From NCBI GenBank assembly GCA_964291405.2, contig OZ219926.1, positions 4,384,001 through 4,448,000 on the forward strand: a stretch of 64,000 nucleotides of DNA. Direction: 5' to 3'. Made by a program: the position numbers and the translations under genes. Within the stretch, counting starts at the first letter, position 1, and each line of letters starts with the position of its first letter. The notes below the pieces were generated by a model. That model searched no databases and was not told where the DNA came from. It saw only the letters and a program-made list of their open reading frames with translations. Of this stretch, positions 9,878-20,714 are shown in pieces. The stretch is from Thermodesulfobacteriota bacterium (GTDB lineage Bacteria; Desulfobacterota; Binatia; Bin18).

Positions 9878-10744
9878 TTACATCTCCACACCCTTGTCAG
9901 CCTCAAGAATATGGCAGCGGAGAATCGTCCACAGGGCGACAAAACCATCCTGCCACCGGATCTTTTTGCCTTCGGCATAGGTACGTGGACTATAGGAGAT
10001 CGGGACCTCACGGATGCGGACTCCACCACGAGCGATTTTGGCGGTAATCTCAGGTTCAAATCCAAAGCGTTTTGAACGGAGCGTGAGCCCCTGTAACACC
10101 TCGGAGCGGAACGCCTTATAACAGGTCTCCATGTCCGTCAGTTGGAGGTGGGTGCAGATATTGGAGACCGCCGTCAGGACTTTATTCGTGGCAGTGTGCC
10201 AGGAGGACGAGCATGCTGGGGAGTTCAGAAACCGCGACCCATACACCACATCAGCCTGGCCGGTCAGAAGTGGAGCGAGAAGTTGAGGATAATCGGAGGG
10301 AGAATATTCGAGGTCCGCATCCTGGATAAGAACGAAGGAGCCGGTGACGTGACGCAAGGCGGTCTGGACGGCTTGACCCTTCCCTTGATTGGCCGAGTGA
10401 AACAACGATTTTACCCGGCACGGAGCGGGAAGAGGGCTACCATCAAGCAGCAGCGTCACGTCGGGCAGAGTTCGGAGTAATTCTCGGGTACCATCAGTCG
10501 AGTTGTCATCAACGACAAGGATTTCTTTGGGAAAGGGCGTGCGGGCAACCCGCTTTAAGAGTTCATAAATGGTTTCGACCTCGTTATAGACTGGGATAAT
10601 GACGGACAGGAGGGGAGCCCAAGGAAGACGACTGCCCTCGGACATATCGGCTTGGTGGACTGTCTCACGGGAAGACTCTGCGGGATTGAACGCCGCGGAG
10701 GGACGCACTGAAGATGGCATACTCTTCTCAGCTCGTTGAAGCAT
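9878..10744 (-). CDS. glycosyltransferase family 2 (DPM1-like)
   Basis: Motifs LSVIIPVYNE, VDDNSTDGT, NQGKG, IQDADLEY and DMETCYK. Exact start uncertain. Confidence 0.92.
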   Translation of the reverse strand: MLQRAEKSMPSSVRPSAAFNPAESSRETVHQADMSEGSRLPWAPLLSVIIPVYNEVETIYELLKRVARTPFPKEILVVDDNSTDGTRELLRTLPDVTLLLDGSPLPAPCRVKSLFHSANQGKGQAVQTALRHVTGSFVLIQDADLEYSPSDYPQLLAPLLTGQADVVYGSRFLNSPACSSSWHTATNKVLTAVSNICTHLQLTDMETCYKAFRSEVLQGLTLRSKRFGFEPEITAKIARGGVRIREVPISYSPRTYAEGKKIRWQDGFVALWTILRCHILEADKGVEM

Positions 10745-10869
10745 TCCTCTTGAAAGGAATCGGCACCTCAGCAGTCATGCGTAGCCATTCTAGTATAGAC
10801 TGCTGGTGAGGACCAGCAGCAAAACGTGTCGTTACCCTTTGCCATAAATAATCGAGAGTAAGGATTTCC

Positions 10870-13164
10870 ATGCGGATCATACCCCTTACGGTAATCGGAG
10901 TGGCCCTCTTCCTCTTGAGCCTTGCCCTGGCAGAAACTGCGTCCAAAGCGCTGCCCGGTATGGAACCGTTTCCAGCGGTAGTCAAGCAACAGCTTGATCG
11001 AGCTCTCCAAGCGAAAGGAGACGCGTATACGCCCCGAACCCATCACCTCTTTGAAGATGGCCGTCCGCATTATACGAACCGACTTATCCTTGAACCCAGT
11101 CCCTATCTTCTCCAGCATGCGCACAATCCGGTCAATTGGTATCCGTGGGGAGAGGAAGCTTTTACCCGCGCAAAAAAAGAGAACAAACCCGTCTTCCTGT
11201 CTATCGGTTATTCAACTTGCCACTGGTGTCATGTGATGGAGCGGGAGTCTTTTGAGGATATGGCGATTGCCGAATACCTGAACCGCCACTATATCGCGAT
11301 CAAAGTTGATCGCGAGCAACGGCCGGACGTGGACGGCGTTTATATGACAGCCGTACAAATGTTGACCGGCCGAGGCGGCTGGCCCATGACCGTGTGGCTG
11401 ACCCCCGATCGTAGGCCCTTTTATGGTGGCACCTACTTCCCGCCGCGCGATGGTATGCGTGGGCAACGGACCGGACTGCTCACCCTGCTGTCCCGATTGC
11501 AAGCGGTCTATCACCAAGAGCCGGACCAAGTGGCCACGGTGGCGAAGAACCTGACGCAGAGCATACGGGCTGCCGTTGTCCCGGAGGCGTCGACAGAGCA
11601 CCCGACCCAGACCGCTTTAACACAGGCAGCCGAACAGTTCACCGCACGTTTTGATACGCAGTACGGGGGCTTTGGCAAGGCGCCGAAATTCCCGCGAAGC
11701 GTCACCTTAGAATTCCTCCTCCGCTATAGCCGACGGACCAATGATCCCGGGATTCGAAACATGGTGGTGCAGACCCTGGAGGCTATGGCGGCCGGTGGGA
11801 TATACGACCAGGTCGGCGGCGGATTTCATCGTTATGCCACGGATCAAAAATGGCGCGTCCCGCATTTTGAGAAAATGCTGTACGACAACGCGCTGCTCGC
11901 GATCGCCTACCTTGAAGGATATCAAATCGCCGGGCGGGAAGACTTCGCCCGCGTCGCCCGGGAAGTCCTGGAGTATCTCGATCGCGAGATGAGTGTTCCG
12001 GACGGTGGGTTTTACTCGGCTACGGATGCCGATAGCGAGGGCGAAGAGGGAAAATTCTTTACCTGGACGCTGTCCGAACTCGACCAACTCCTGAGTCAAA
12101 AACAGCTCCGGCTGGTCCAGTCCCATTATGGCGTGACGCCCCAGGGGAATTTCGAGGGCACGAATATTCTTCATGTTGTGCGTCCGCTTGAGGCAGTGGC
12201 AGAAGAAATGGGTCTCACCCTGGACCAAGCGCGGCGTGAACGTCAAGATGCCCGGGCGATTCTCTACCGAGCGCGACAGCAGCGGCATGTGCTCCATACG
12301 GATACCAAGGTGCTTGTGGCGTGGAATGGCCTTGTCATTTCGGCGTTTGCCAAAGGAGCGCATATCTTGAATGTTCCCGACTATGCCACGCGGGCAAGGC
12401 ACGCCGCGACGTTTCTTCTGACTCAGCTGAAACGAGAAGGGCGGCTGAGACGCAGCGCGCTGGGGACACGGATAGGCGGAGAGGCCTATCTCAATGATTA
12501 CGCTTGTCTCATTGCCGGCTTGCTCGATCTCTACGAGGTCACCTCTGAACTGCGCTGGCTGCAGGAAGCCATTGCGCTGCAAGCGATACAGGACTCCCAC
12601 TTCTGGGATGACAAAAACGGGGGCTACTTCCTGACCGCAGACGACGCTGAGCAACTCCTTGCTCGTGAAAAGCCTGCGTACGATGGCGCTGAACCGTCTG
12701 GTAATGCGGTGGCTACGCACAATCTCCTGCGGCTTGCGGAATGGACCCTGAACGCCAGCTATCGCCAGCGCGCGCAACACTGTCTCCAGGCATTTGCTTC
12801 GGCGCTGAAGCAGCGTCCGACCAGCATGCCACGTCTACTCAGCGCGCTCGATTTTTTTCTGGACCGCCCAAAAGAAATTGCGATTATCAAAGCGTCAACA
12901 GCCGATACGGTTGAGCCCTTCTTAGAGCAACTGCGCCGGTATTTTCTGCCGAATCGAGTCCTTACCATTGTGACGCAGGGAGACGAACTCGCCGCCCACC
13001 AGCAGGTCGTTCCGTGGCTGGAGGCGAAGCGGGCAATCAAAGGCAAAGTAACGGCCTACGTGTGTGAACAGCACGTCTGCTCCTTGCCGACGGCCGATCC
13101 GGGGATATTTGCGAAGCAGCTTGCCGCGACGATGCCGCTGTCTGTCGCCCCCTCACCTAAGTAA
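10870..13164 (+). CDS. DUF255/YyaL (SSP411) thioredoxin plus six-hairpin domain protein with signal peptide
   Basis: Motifs [36 protein letters not shown] and [11 protein letters not shown]. Confidence 0.93.
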   Translation: MRIIPLTVIGVALFLLSLALAETASKALPGMEPFPAVVKQQLDRALQAKGDAYTPRTHHLFEDGRPHYTNRLILEPSPYLLQHAHNPVNWYPWGEEAFTRAKKENKPVFLSIGYSTCHWCHVMERESFEDMAIAEYLNRHYIAIKVDREQRPDVDGVYMTAVQMLTGRGGWPMTVWLTPDRRPFYGGTYFPPRDGMRGQRTGLLTLLSRLQAVYHQEPDQVATVAKNLTQSIRAAVVPEASTEHPTQTALTQAAEQFTARFDTQYGGFGKAPKFPRSVTLEFLLRYSRRTNDPGIRNMVVQTLEAMAAGGIYDQVGGGFHRYATDQKWRVPHFEKMLYDNALLAIAYLEGYQIAGREDFARVAREVLEYLDREMSVPDGGFYSATDADSEGEEGKFFTWTLSELDQLLSQKQLRLVQSHYGVTPQGNFEGTNILHVVRPLEAVAEEMGLTLDQARRERQDARAILYRARQQRHVLHTDTKVLVAWNGLVISAFAKGAHILNVPDYATRARHAATFLLTQLKREGRLRRSALGTRIGGEAYLNDYACLIAGLLDLYEVTSELRWLQEAIALQAIQDSHFWDDKNGGYFLTADDAEQLLAREKPAYDGAEPSGNAVATHNLLRLAEWTLNASYRQRAQHCLQAFASALKQRPTSMPRLLSALDFFLDRPKEIAIIKASTADTVEPFLEQLRRYFLPNRVLTIVTQGDELAAHQQVVPWLEAKRAIKGKVTAYVCEQHVCSLPTADPGIFAKQLAATMPLSVAPSPK

Positions 13165-13209
13165 GGGTCGCTCCCGTCCTATGAAGAATAAACACCAGGA
13201 GACCTCGGG

Positions 13210-15255
13210 CTACCCCCGGGAGAGTGGGGCTGTCTGAGCTTCCTGCTGGAGTCGGGTCATGTCCTCTCTCGGACCGGCTAGGATGAGCGTTTCGTCTTCC
13301 TGGAGCGGCTGGTCCGGCTGGGGGAGACGGTCTTCATAGCCGGACGCAGTCGTGTTGCGGATGGCCAACACCGTTATGCCATAGCGGACACGCAGGTCCA
13401 GTTCCTGCAGGGTTTTCCCTCGAAAAGGAGCCGGAACAGGCAGGGCTAAGATCGTATATTGGGACGGCATAGCCAGCGTTCCTTCGTCCTGCGCAGTCGA
13501 GTCCGGCAGCGTCCCGAGAAATTCTTTGCGCAGGACTTCTCGATCATAGACCTCAAGCAAGTCGGTCTGGGTGACAACGCCAATCACCTGGTTACTGGTC
13601 GCGTCCGCTGTGACCGGTAAACAATCGAGTTGGGTCTCGCGGAATTTGCGTAGGCACTCTGCCAGGGGCTCGTGCATATGGGCTACGGTGTGGACCGGAC
13701 GCGCCATGTCCCGTGCAACGACGAGACCATCAAGCCCCCCTTCGTTGAGGAAGGTTTTTATGTCGTGTAACGAAATCACACCGGTGAGTTGGTCGCCGGG
13801 GCTGACGGTATAGTAGTGTGGATCGGGTGAGCCGAGGACGCGGCTCACGACCTGTTGAAACGCCGTATCGTCCGACAGCGTCGGGGCCGGAGTATGCATG
13901 ACATCTGCGACGTGAAAGGAACGCATCACGGTCTCTTCCCGGCCCAGCGAGAGTGAAACGCCGCGGCGGGCGAGTTTGAGTGTATAAATCGAGTGGGGGT
14001 GGAGATACCGTGCCGTCACTGTGCTCAGGGTGCACGCAATCATAACCGGTAGAATGATTTGGTACCCATCAGTTAACTCAAACAGCATCAGAATGGCGGT
14101 TACTGGTGCGTGTGTTGTCCCGGCAACAACCGCACCCATACCAATCATGGCATAGGCTGCAGGCGTGGCGGTAATATTGGGAAAGACGAAGTGGACGAGT
14201 TGCCCGAAGAGGCCTCCTGCAACCACACCAAGAAAGAGCGACGGCGAGAAAATCCCCCCTGAAGCGCCAGACCCCAACGTTGTGCAGGTCGCAAGGAGCT
14301 TGAGCAAAAAGAGAAAGATCAGCATCTGCCATGCGGTAGTCTCATGCAGGAGGTGAGACATGGCTTCAAAGCCCGTCCCGTATACCTCCGGCGCGACAAG
14401 CAGGAGCCCGCCCACACACAGGCCACCCACGGTTGTTCGGAAGAGGGGCGGAAGCGCGCTGTGCTCAAACAAATCTTCGCTTTTATACAGCGCCCAGATA
14501 AACACCACGGCGACCAAACCCATCAGCATGCCGAGTACGGCGTACAGCGGGACTTCCCCATAGTGAACCAGGGTATACTCCGGGACGACAAAGGCGGGTG
14601 CATCTCCGAGATAGGCTCGGGAGACAGCTGTCGCTAACACCGAGGAGAGCACGATCGGTGCGAAGGTCGGAATGGAAAAATTCCCCAGAATGACTTCGAG
14701 TGCGAAAAATGCTCCGGCAATCGGTGCATTAAAGGTGGCGGCAATGCCGCCCGCTGCTCCACAGCCGACAAGGGTCCGGATACGTTCAGGAGAGAGACGG
14801 AGGATTTGTCCACACGTCGAGCCTAAGGCCGACCCGATTTGGATAACTGGACCTTCTCGGCCGGTCGAGCCGCCCGTACCGATGGTCACTGCGGAGGCCA
14901 GCGCTTTGGCAAAAGCCACCCGGGCGCGCATCATCCCGCCGTGCAGCGCAACGGCTTCCATCACCTCAGGGACGCCATGGCCTTTGGCCTCAACCGCCCA
15001 CTTATAGACGATCGGAGCAACCAGGGCTCCCCCAAGGGCAGGCAGCCCGACTTTCCAATACCACGGCAGGGTCGGGAGTACCGAGAGGGGCGAATCGCCG
15101 CCAAGGGCAATTCGCTGGACCGAATGGAGTAGTTCGTGAAAGGCAATGGCCGCAACGCCGACCAGCAGCCCGACACCGCAGGCCAGGGCTATGGTGAGTC
15201 CCTCTCGACCGGTTTGGAGCAAGTCCGTGAGGTATTTATACCAGGCGCTCAGCAT
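13210..15255 (-). CDS. ClC chloride channel/transporter with two CBS and one RCK_C (TrkA-C) domains
   Basis: Motifs GHGVPE, GREGP, GGIFSP and SIYT, followed by CBS repeats and a GKTLQELDLR..GITVLAI tail. Confidence 0.93.
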   Translation of the reverse strand: MLSAWYKYLTDLLQTGREGLTIALACGVGLLVGVAAIAFHELLHSVQRIALGGDSPLSVLPTLPWYWKVGLPALGGALVAPIVYKWAVEAKGHGVPEVMEAVALHGGMMRARVAFAKALASAVTIGTGGSTGREGPVIQIGSALGSTCGQILRLSPERIRTLVGCGAAGGIAATFNAPIAGAFFALEVILGNFSIPTFAPIVLSSVLATAVSRAYLGDAPAFVVPEYTLVHYGEVPLYAVLGMLMGLVAVVFIWALYKSEDLFEHSALPPLFRTTVGGLCVGGLLLVAPEVYGTGFEAMSHLLHETTAWQMLIFLFLLKLLATCTTLGSGASGGIFSPSLFLGVVAGGLFGQLVHFVFPNITATPAAYAMIGMGAVVAGTTHAPVTAILMLFELTDGYQIILPVMIACTLSTVTARYLHPHSIYTLKLARRGVSLSLGREETVMRSFHVADVMHTPAPTLSDDTAFQQVVSRVLGSPDPHYYTVSPGDQLTGVISLHDIKTFLNEGGLDGLVVARDMARPVHTVAHMHEPLAECLRKFRETQLDCLPVTADATSNQVIGVVTQTDLLEVYDREVLRKEFLGTLPDSTAQDEGTLAMPSQYTILALPVPAPFRGKTLQELDLRVRYGITVLAIRNTTASGYEDRLPQPDQPLQEDETLILAGPREDMTRLQQEAQTAPLSRG

Positions 15256-15321
15256 GGTTCCGATATCTGAAACGGGTTTGGGGTGGGTCGTTTGTACACA
15301 TGACGTGTCCTCAGGATCAGC

Positions 15322-17307
15322 CTATGATCCCCATGCTTGCATCATCTCCTCTGTGAGCTCGGTCAATCGACGCAGGTGTTCGGCACGGCCAACAAGCACA
15401 AGAGAGTCCTCCTGGCGTAAGGGGACGTCGGGGTCGGGGAGTTCGTCCGGGCTATGGAAGCCTCCACGGCGGACCGCGATAGCCGTCACATTAAACCGCC
15501 TGCGCAACTGTGACTCGCCCAGCGTTTTCCCAATGAGCGGCGGAGGGACATGTACGATTTCGACGATATATTCATGCGGCAAATGCACCTGTTGGTGGAC
15601 CATCTCTGTGAGCGCTTCAGAACGGAGACTGACGCCGAGGTATTCGTTGCGCAAGATCTCTCGATTGTAGAGATCCAGCACATCGTACCGCGAGACAACC
15701 CCTTCTAATTTCTGATCGGCCGAAAGAACGGGTAAATACTCTTGTTCACTCAGGCTGAACTTTTCGAGACAGCGCGCCAGTGTTTCCTGGGCGGTCGTGA
15801 CCGCGTCCGGGGGTCGGGCCAAGTCTGCCGCTACGACGAGCGGTGCCAGAGTGTCATCCTGAAGGGTTGCCTTCACGTCGTGAATGGAGATGATCCCGAG
15901 GAGGCGCTGGTTTGGATCAACCACAAAGCTCAACGGCAGCGTGCTGGCCAGGAAATGGTCCATGACTTCGGGGAATGGCGCTCCTTCTCGGAAGGTTGGC
16001 GGCTCTGGGCGCATGACCTGTCCTACGGTAAAACCCTGCATCAGGGTTTGTTCGCGCCGCCTAATGTCAATACCGCGCCGTAAGAGTTGTAAGGTGTAAA
16101 TCGACTCTTCCCGAAAGAGTTTGGCTACCACCGTGCTCACCGTACAACTGACCATCAGTGGCAGGATAATGTGATAGTCAGCGGTAATCTCGAAGAGCAG
16201 CAGGAAGGCGGTGATCGGACAGTGGACCACGCTAGCCAAGAAGGCGGCCATACCGACCAGCGCATAACCGCCGCTTGGGCCGGTAATCGCGGGAAAGGCT
16301 GCGCCGACGATCACGCCACACAGACTGCCTAATACGGCGCCGAGGTAGAGCGCCGGGAAAAAAAGTCCACCCGATCCACCCGAGGCCAGGGTCAGGCTGG
16401 TAGCCCCTATTTTGATGGGGAATAGTAGCAGCAAATATGTCCAGTCCAGGCCGCCCCGCAGAATGATATCCATAGTGCCGTGGCCCGTGCCGTACACATG
16501 CGGGGCAATAAGAATCAGACAGCCGACCAGGAATCCGCCCAGCGCCGGCTTGATCGTCTCAGGCAGGGTGATCTTTTCGGCTCCTTTTTCTAGCCGATCC
16601 AGGATGAACATAAAGGCCAGACCGCCAAGGCCACAGACAATACCGAGTCCGAGATAGAAGGGCAGCTCCCAGGTACTCAGCAGCGAATAAGCGGGGACCA
16701 CAAACGCGGGATGATCACCAAAATAGGACCGGCTCACAACCGTGGCGAGGACGGAGGACAACATCACGGGGCCAAAGGCCGGCATGGCGAAATTACCGAT
16801 CACGACTTCAAGCGCAAAGAAGGCACCGGCAATAGGCGCATTAAAAGCTGCCGCAATGCCGCCCGCGACGCCACAGCCCGCCAAGGTCGGCAGTCGATTG
16901 GGAGGCACTTTGAGCAATTGGCCGAGAAGCGAGCCCAGCGAGGCGCCAATATGGACGATGGGACCCTCGCGTCCGACTGAGCCTCCAGAGCCAATAGTGA
17001 GGGCAGAAGAAACGGATTTGGACAGGGCCGTCTGCCAGCGAAATTTTCCGTTCCCCAAGGCAACCGACTCAATGACTTCCGGGACCCCATGCCCTTGCGC
17101 GTCTCGCGAACGAAAAAAAGCGACCAGTCCGACCGCCAGTCCGCCGAGTGTGGGAACCAGAAGAATACGATACCAGGGCAACTCGGGAAGCACGTTGAGC
17201 GGCGGGTCGTCCGAGCTCAGCGCAAACCCCTGGACCAGGTGAATCAGCGCATCGTATAGAATGGCGCCACAGCCGGTGATAATGCCTACGGCGCAGGCCT
17301 GCGCCAT
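15322..17307 (-). CDS. ClC chloride channel/transporter with two CBS and one RCK_C domains (tandem paralog)
   Basis: Motifs GHGVPE, GREGP, GGLFFP and SIYT, with the same domain order. The frame stays open upstream of 17307, so the start is uncertain. Confidence 0.92.
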   Translation of the reverse strand: MAQACAVGIITGCGAILYDALIHLVQGFALSSDDPPLNVLPELPWYRILLVPTLGGLAVGLVAFFRSRDAQGHGVPEVIESVALGNGKFRWQTALSKSVSSALTIGSGGSVGREGPIVHIGASLGSLLGQLLKVPPNRLPTLAGCGVAGGIAAAFNAPIAGAFFALEVVIGNFAMPAFGPVMLSSVLATVVSRSYFGDHPAFVVPAYSLLSTWELPFYLGLGIVCGLGGLAFMFILDRLEKGAEKITLPETIKPALGGFLVGCLILIAPHVYGTGHGTMDIILRGGLDWTYLLLLFPIKIGATSLTLASGGSGGLFFPALYLGAVLGSLCGVIVGAAFPAITGPSGGYALVGMAAFLASVVHCPITAFLLLFEITADYHIILPLMVSCTVSTVVAKLFREESIYTLQLLRRGIDIRRREQTLMQGFTVGQVMRPEPPTFREGAPFPEVMDHFLASTLPLSFVVDPNQRLLGIISIHDVKATLQDDTLAPLVVAADLARPPDAVTTAQETLARCLEKFSLSEQEYLPVLSADQKLEGVVSRYDVLDLYNREILRNEYLGVSLRSEALTEMVHQQVHLPHEYIVEIVHVPPPLIGKTLGESQLRRRFNVTAIAVRRGGFHSPDELPDPDVPLRQEDSLVLVGRAEHLRRLTELTEEMMQAWGS

Positions 17308-17442
17308 AATGGAAAACGGTTGGATACGGTTGAGCTGCCGGCGAATATGGGCGGGAAGAGAAAGACGTGGAAATTGCGTACGATACCTCTTTCTTGGGAG
17401 TTCCAGGACGGATACCCGGTCTTACCGTCCTGGATGCCGCAC

Positions 17443-18228
17443 TCACTCAGGCAGGCCAAACATCCGGGAGAGCGCCCGGACCTCATCCTTACGCCACGGG
17501 AGCGGCGCTGGTTCCTGTATCATCTGATCCTGTTTGAGCTGCTCAACGACGGCCGGATCACGTTGCATCGGGACACCGTATTCACCCTCAAAATACAGGC
17601 TTTCAAACGCGGGGCGCGGCCGTTGTCCGCCCGCCTCCCAGGATTCGGCCGGATAGCCGATCAGCATGGCGTAGAGCGGCATAAAATGGTCTGGAACCTT
17701 GAATATCGCTTTGGCCTTTTCCGCGTTAAACGCGGTCAGCAGGGCGCCCAGGCCTTCGTCAAACGCGGTCAGCAGGGCTTGATTCATCGCGACGCCGCTA
17801 TCCATGGAAACCGCAATGGGATTAATGGCGGGGTCCTTTGAAATCGGATCTAAAATCTGCGCCCAGACGGTCTCCTCAATGAATTTATGACTCCAGCCGT
17901 GGGTGGGGTTGAGTGCGCCCACATCAAAGAGTTCTTTGAGGGTCTGCCCGTGGCTCTCCTGAATGGCGTTGAGGTTGCCGTAGAAATAGATATGCACCGG
18001 AGCCATGTCGAGTTGGAGAGTCGTTGTGGGAACCTTGAGCGCCTCCAGATCCTCGGGCGCGAGCTTGTCGCGTTCCACAACGATGGCCCGGAGAAATGAA
18101 GCATTGACCGCACAGGACGAGAGCCGCGTCGCCTCCATGATGGTTTGAATTTTTTCCCGTTCAACCGGACGATAGGGGAGGAAGTAGCGGATTGAGCGAC
18201 GCCGGCCAATAACTTCTTTGAACTCCAT
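17443..18228 (-). CDS. nitroreductase family protein
   Basis: Motifs VIGRRRSIRYF, DSGVAMNQALLTA.DEGLG and IGYPAE. Confidence 0.88.
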   Translation of the reverse strand: MEFKEVIGRRRSIRYFLPYRPVEREKIQTIMEATRLSSCAVNASFLRAIVVERDKLAPEDLEALKVPTTTLQLDMAPVHIYFYGNLNAIQESHGQTLKELFDVGALNPTHGWSHKFIEETVWAQILDPISKDPAINPIAVSMDSGVAMNQALLTAFDEGLGALLTAFNAEKAKAIFKVPDHFMPLYAMLIGYPAESWEAGGQRPRPAFESLYFEGEYGVPMQRDPAVVEQLKQDQMIQEPAPLPWRKDEVRALSRMFGLPE

Positions 18229-18311
18229 AAAACAGGCCTCCTTAGGTATACCTCTGGGCCTCCTTAGCGTAGGGGTGGTTTGTCTGTCAAGGTCGTAAGT
18301 GCCTCAATCTC

Positions 18312-18339
18312 TTGACTTTCTGGGGGAAATCCCTAAGCT
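18312..18339 (+). promoter_or_regulatory. candidate sigma70 promoter for rpsU
   Basis: TTGACT, 16-bp spacer, TAAGCT, about 55 bp upstream of the rpsU ATG. Confidence 0.45.
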
Positions 18340-18395
18340 GGGCAGAGGAGCGATCCAACACAGAGTCCCCAGTCGGGAGGGGGTGAGTCAGCCGT

Positions 18396-18593
18396 ATGGC
18401 AGGTGTACGAGTCAAAGAGAACGAGCCCATTGAAAGCGCCATTCGCCGTTTTAAGAAGCAGTGTGAAAAGGCGGGCATTCTGCAAGAGTTGAAAAAACGC
18501 GAACACTACGAGAAGCCGAGTGTCCGTCGCAAGCGCAAGGCTATTGCTGCACGAAAACGTGCGTTACGCCGGGCAAGTCGATCGATGTATTAA
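18396..18593 (+). CDS. rpsU: 30S ribosomal protein S21
   Basis: Sequence [39 protein letters not shown]. Confidence 0.98.
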   Translation: MAGVRVKENEPIESAIRRFKKQCEKAGILQELKKREHYEKPSVRRKRKAIAARKRALRRASRSMY

Positions 18594-18629
18594 GACGATG
18601 TGTCACATTGCTTGAGAGACGAATGACTG

Positions 18630-18668
18630 AGAAAACACCCACTTGAATAAGGTGGGTGTTTTCTTTTT
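18630..18668 (+). terminator. rho-independent terminator between rpsU and dnaG
   Basis: GAAAACACCCAC-loop-GTGGGTGTTTTC followed by a T run. Same position as the known rpsU-dnaG terminator. Confidence 0.85.
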
Positions 18669-18710
18669 CAGCGCCTTCCGCTGTCTCCCCCAGTACTGTA
18701 CAGGATCGCT

Positions 18711-20537
18711 ATGGCATACAAAATCCCCGAAGAGACTCTGACTGAGATTCGCTCCCGAATCAGCATCGTCGAGGTGATTTCCGTCTATGTCTCTCTGCGC
18801 AAAGCGGGAAAGAATTATACCGGTCTGTGCCCGTTCCACGAGGAAAAGACGCCATCGTTCAGCGTAAACGATGAACGTGGCTTTTTTCACTGTTTTGGCT
18901 GCGGGGAAGGGGGGAACGCGTTTACTTTTTTATGCCGGCTTGAAGGCATCTCCTTTCCGGAAGCGGTGAAACGACTCGCAGCAAAAGCCGGGGTCTCGCT
19001 CCCACAGGCGCCCGACGATCCGCAGGCGCGGGAGCAGGACCGGCTCTACCGGCTGACGAGTCTGGCCAAAACCTATTTCCGCCACTGCCTGCTTGATGAG
19101 AAGGTCGGCGCCACGGCGCAGCACTATCTGGCCGAGCGTGGCATCCCCATGGACGTGGCTGAGCGCTTTCAGCTTGGCTATGCGCCTAACGGCTGGAACG
19201 GTCTTGTTCGTTTTTTTGCCAACCGGAAAGCGCCCCTGGACAAGGCCGCCGCGTTGGGGCTGATTGGCGAACGCGCCGGGCGGGACGAACGGAGCAGACC
19301 GGGAGCCCGCCAATGTTACGATAAATTCCGCCACCGCCTTATGTTCCCGATTACCGATGTGACCGGGCGGCCAGTCGGATTTGGTGGCCGACTCCTGCCT
19401 GACCCGCAACGAGACGCGAGCCGAGAGCGGCCCCAGCCCAAATATCTCAACTCGCCCGAGTCGGCTTTGTATAAGAAAGGGTTGCTGCTATACGGCCTCT
19501 TCCAGGCCAAAGAGCCCATTCGAGAGACCGGCCGGGTGCTTGTGGTTGAAGGTTATACCGACCTCATTTCGCTCGTACAACGCGGATTTGACGAGACCGT
19601 CGCCGTGCTCGGGACCGCCCTGACCCTGGAGCAATTGCGCTTGCTCAAACGCTTCTCGACAGACATCTATATTTTTTTTGATGGTGATGACGCTGGCCGT
19701 CGGGCCGCGACTCGGGCATTCCCGCTGTGTGTTGAAGCCGGACTGACGGGGCGCGGGGTTTTCCTGCCCCAGGGGGAAGACCCGGACTCGTTCGGACAAG
19801 CGCGTGGGCGGGATGGGCTCGAAGAACTGATCGCCACGGCCGCGCCACTGGAGGAGTTCTATTTTACACAACATGCCCCGCCACCTGGGGCATCGGCCTT
19901 TCAGCGTGCCCAAGCGGCGAAAGAAGCCGTCGCTGTCTTATCGTCTATGACCGACACCATGGCCCGGGGAGCACTGCTTACCCAGGTGGCGCAGCGTTTT
20001 GGCGTCAGCGAAGAAGAACTCCGCCAGCTGCGACCGAACCGGGCTTCCCAGCCCGCGGCTCGTTCTTCCGACCAGCAGGCGACCGGGCAGGGCGGCTCCC
20101 CCGCCTCGGCCGAACTGGAATTAATTCAACTCATGCTCGTGGATCGGCAGGTCGTGACGCATGTTTGCGAGCGGAATCTGATTCCCGCCTTTCAAGAGTG
20201 GGGAGAGGTCGCTACGGATATTGCTCAAGCCTGGCAGCAGCAGGCCGACCATGCGCCGCAAGATGATCGGGCCAGTATCGACATCGGGGCCTTTCTCGAC
20301 CGGTTACCGAGACGGGTTGCCGACCATGTCTCGAAAATGCTGGATGAAGAAGAGTCTGAAGAGAAGGCGGTGACCCAGGAGCAGCTGATGCGGGACTGCA
20401 TGGAGAAAATTCAGCAGGTGCAACACAAGTCCAAGCGTGTCCGGCTTCAGCGAGAAATTCGGGAGGCGGAGCTACGCGGAGATGACGCCGGAGTGCGCCA
20501 GCGGCTCGAAGCCTTGCGCGCATTAGGGAGGTCGTAG
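18711..20537 (+). CDS. dnaG: DNA primase
   Basis: CHC2 zinc finger (CPFHEEKTPSF..CFGC), KYLNSPE, and TOPRIM motifs VVEGYTD and FDGDDAG. Confidence 0.98.
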   Translation: MAYKIPEETLTEIRSRISIVEVISVYVSLRKAGKNYTGLCPFHEEKTPSFSVNDERGFFHCFGCGEGGNAFTFLCRLEGISFPEAVKRLAAKAGVSLPQAPDDPQAREQDRLYRLTSLAKTYFRHCLLDEKVGATAQHYLAERGIPMDVAERFQLGYAPNGWNGLVRFFANRKAPLDKAAALGLIGERAGRDERSRPGARQCYDKFRHRLMFPITDVTGRPVGFGGRLLPDPQRDASRERPQPKYLNSPESALYKKGLLLYGLFQAKEPIRETGRVLVVEGYTDLISLVQRGFDETVAVLGTALTLEQLRLLKRFSTDIYIFFDGDDAGRRAATRAFPLCVEAGLTGRGVFLPQGEDPDSFGQARGRDGLEELIATAAPLEEFYFTQHAPPPGASAFQRAQAAKEAVAVLSSMTDTMARGALLTQVAQRFGVSEEELRQLRPNRASQPAARSSDQQATGQGGSPASAELELIQLMLVDRQVVTHVCERNLIPAFQEWGEVATDIAQAWQQQADHAPQDDRASIDIGAFLDRLPRRVADHVSKMLDEEESEEKAVTQEQLMRDCMEKIQQVQHKSKRVRLQREIREAELRGDDAGVRQRLEALRALGRS

Positions 20538-20586
20538 GAAAACGGCGAGGAGCATGGTATACAAGGGGCCGCTGAGGCGGACAGAT

Positions 20587-20660
20587 GGGCCCATAGCTCA
20601 GTTGGTTAGAGCGACCGGCTCATAACCGGTTGGTCCCAGGTTCGAGTCCTGGTGGGCCCA
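20587..20660 (+). tRNA. tRNA with CAT anticodon, most likely tRNA-Ile2 (lysidine); CCA not encoded
   Basis: Cloverleaf with GGGCCCA/TGGGCCC acceptor stem, ACCGG-CTCATAA-CCGGT anticodon arm and GGTTCGAGTCC T arm. Lacks initiator features (no C1:A72 mismatch, no 3 GC pairs). Confidence 0.9.
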
Positions 20661-20714
20661 TTCAGGACGGAGGGATGCCTCTCCACGAAAGCCGGATGTG
20701 AAAGGAGGTCGTCA

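Noticed and set aside
20587-20660. tRNA as initiator Met, or as an integration site
   Set aside because: The first acceptor pair is matched and the anticodon stem lacks the initiator signature. I saw no integrase or duplicated 3' end nearby.
20652-20714. Track start of the zinc-ribbon ORF at 20652
   Set aside because: It overlaps the tRNA. TTG 20715 has a strong RBS.
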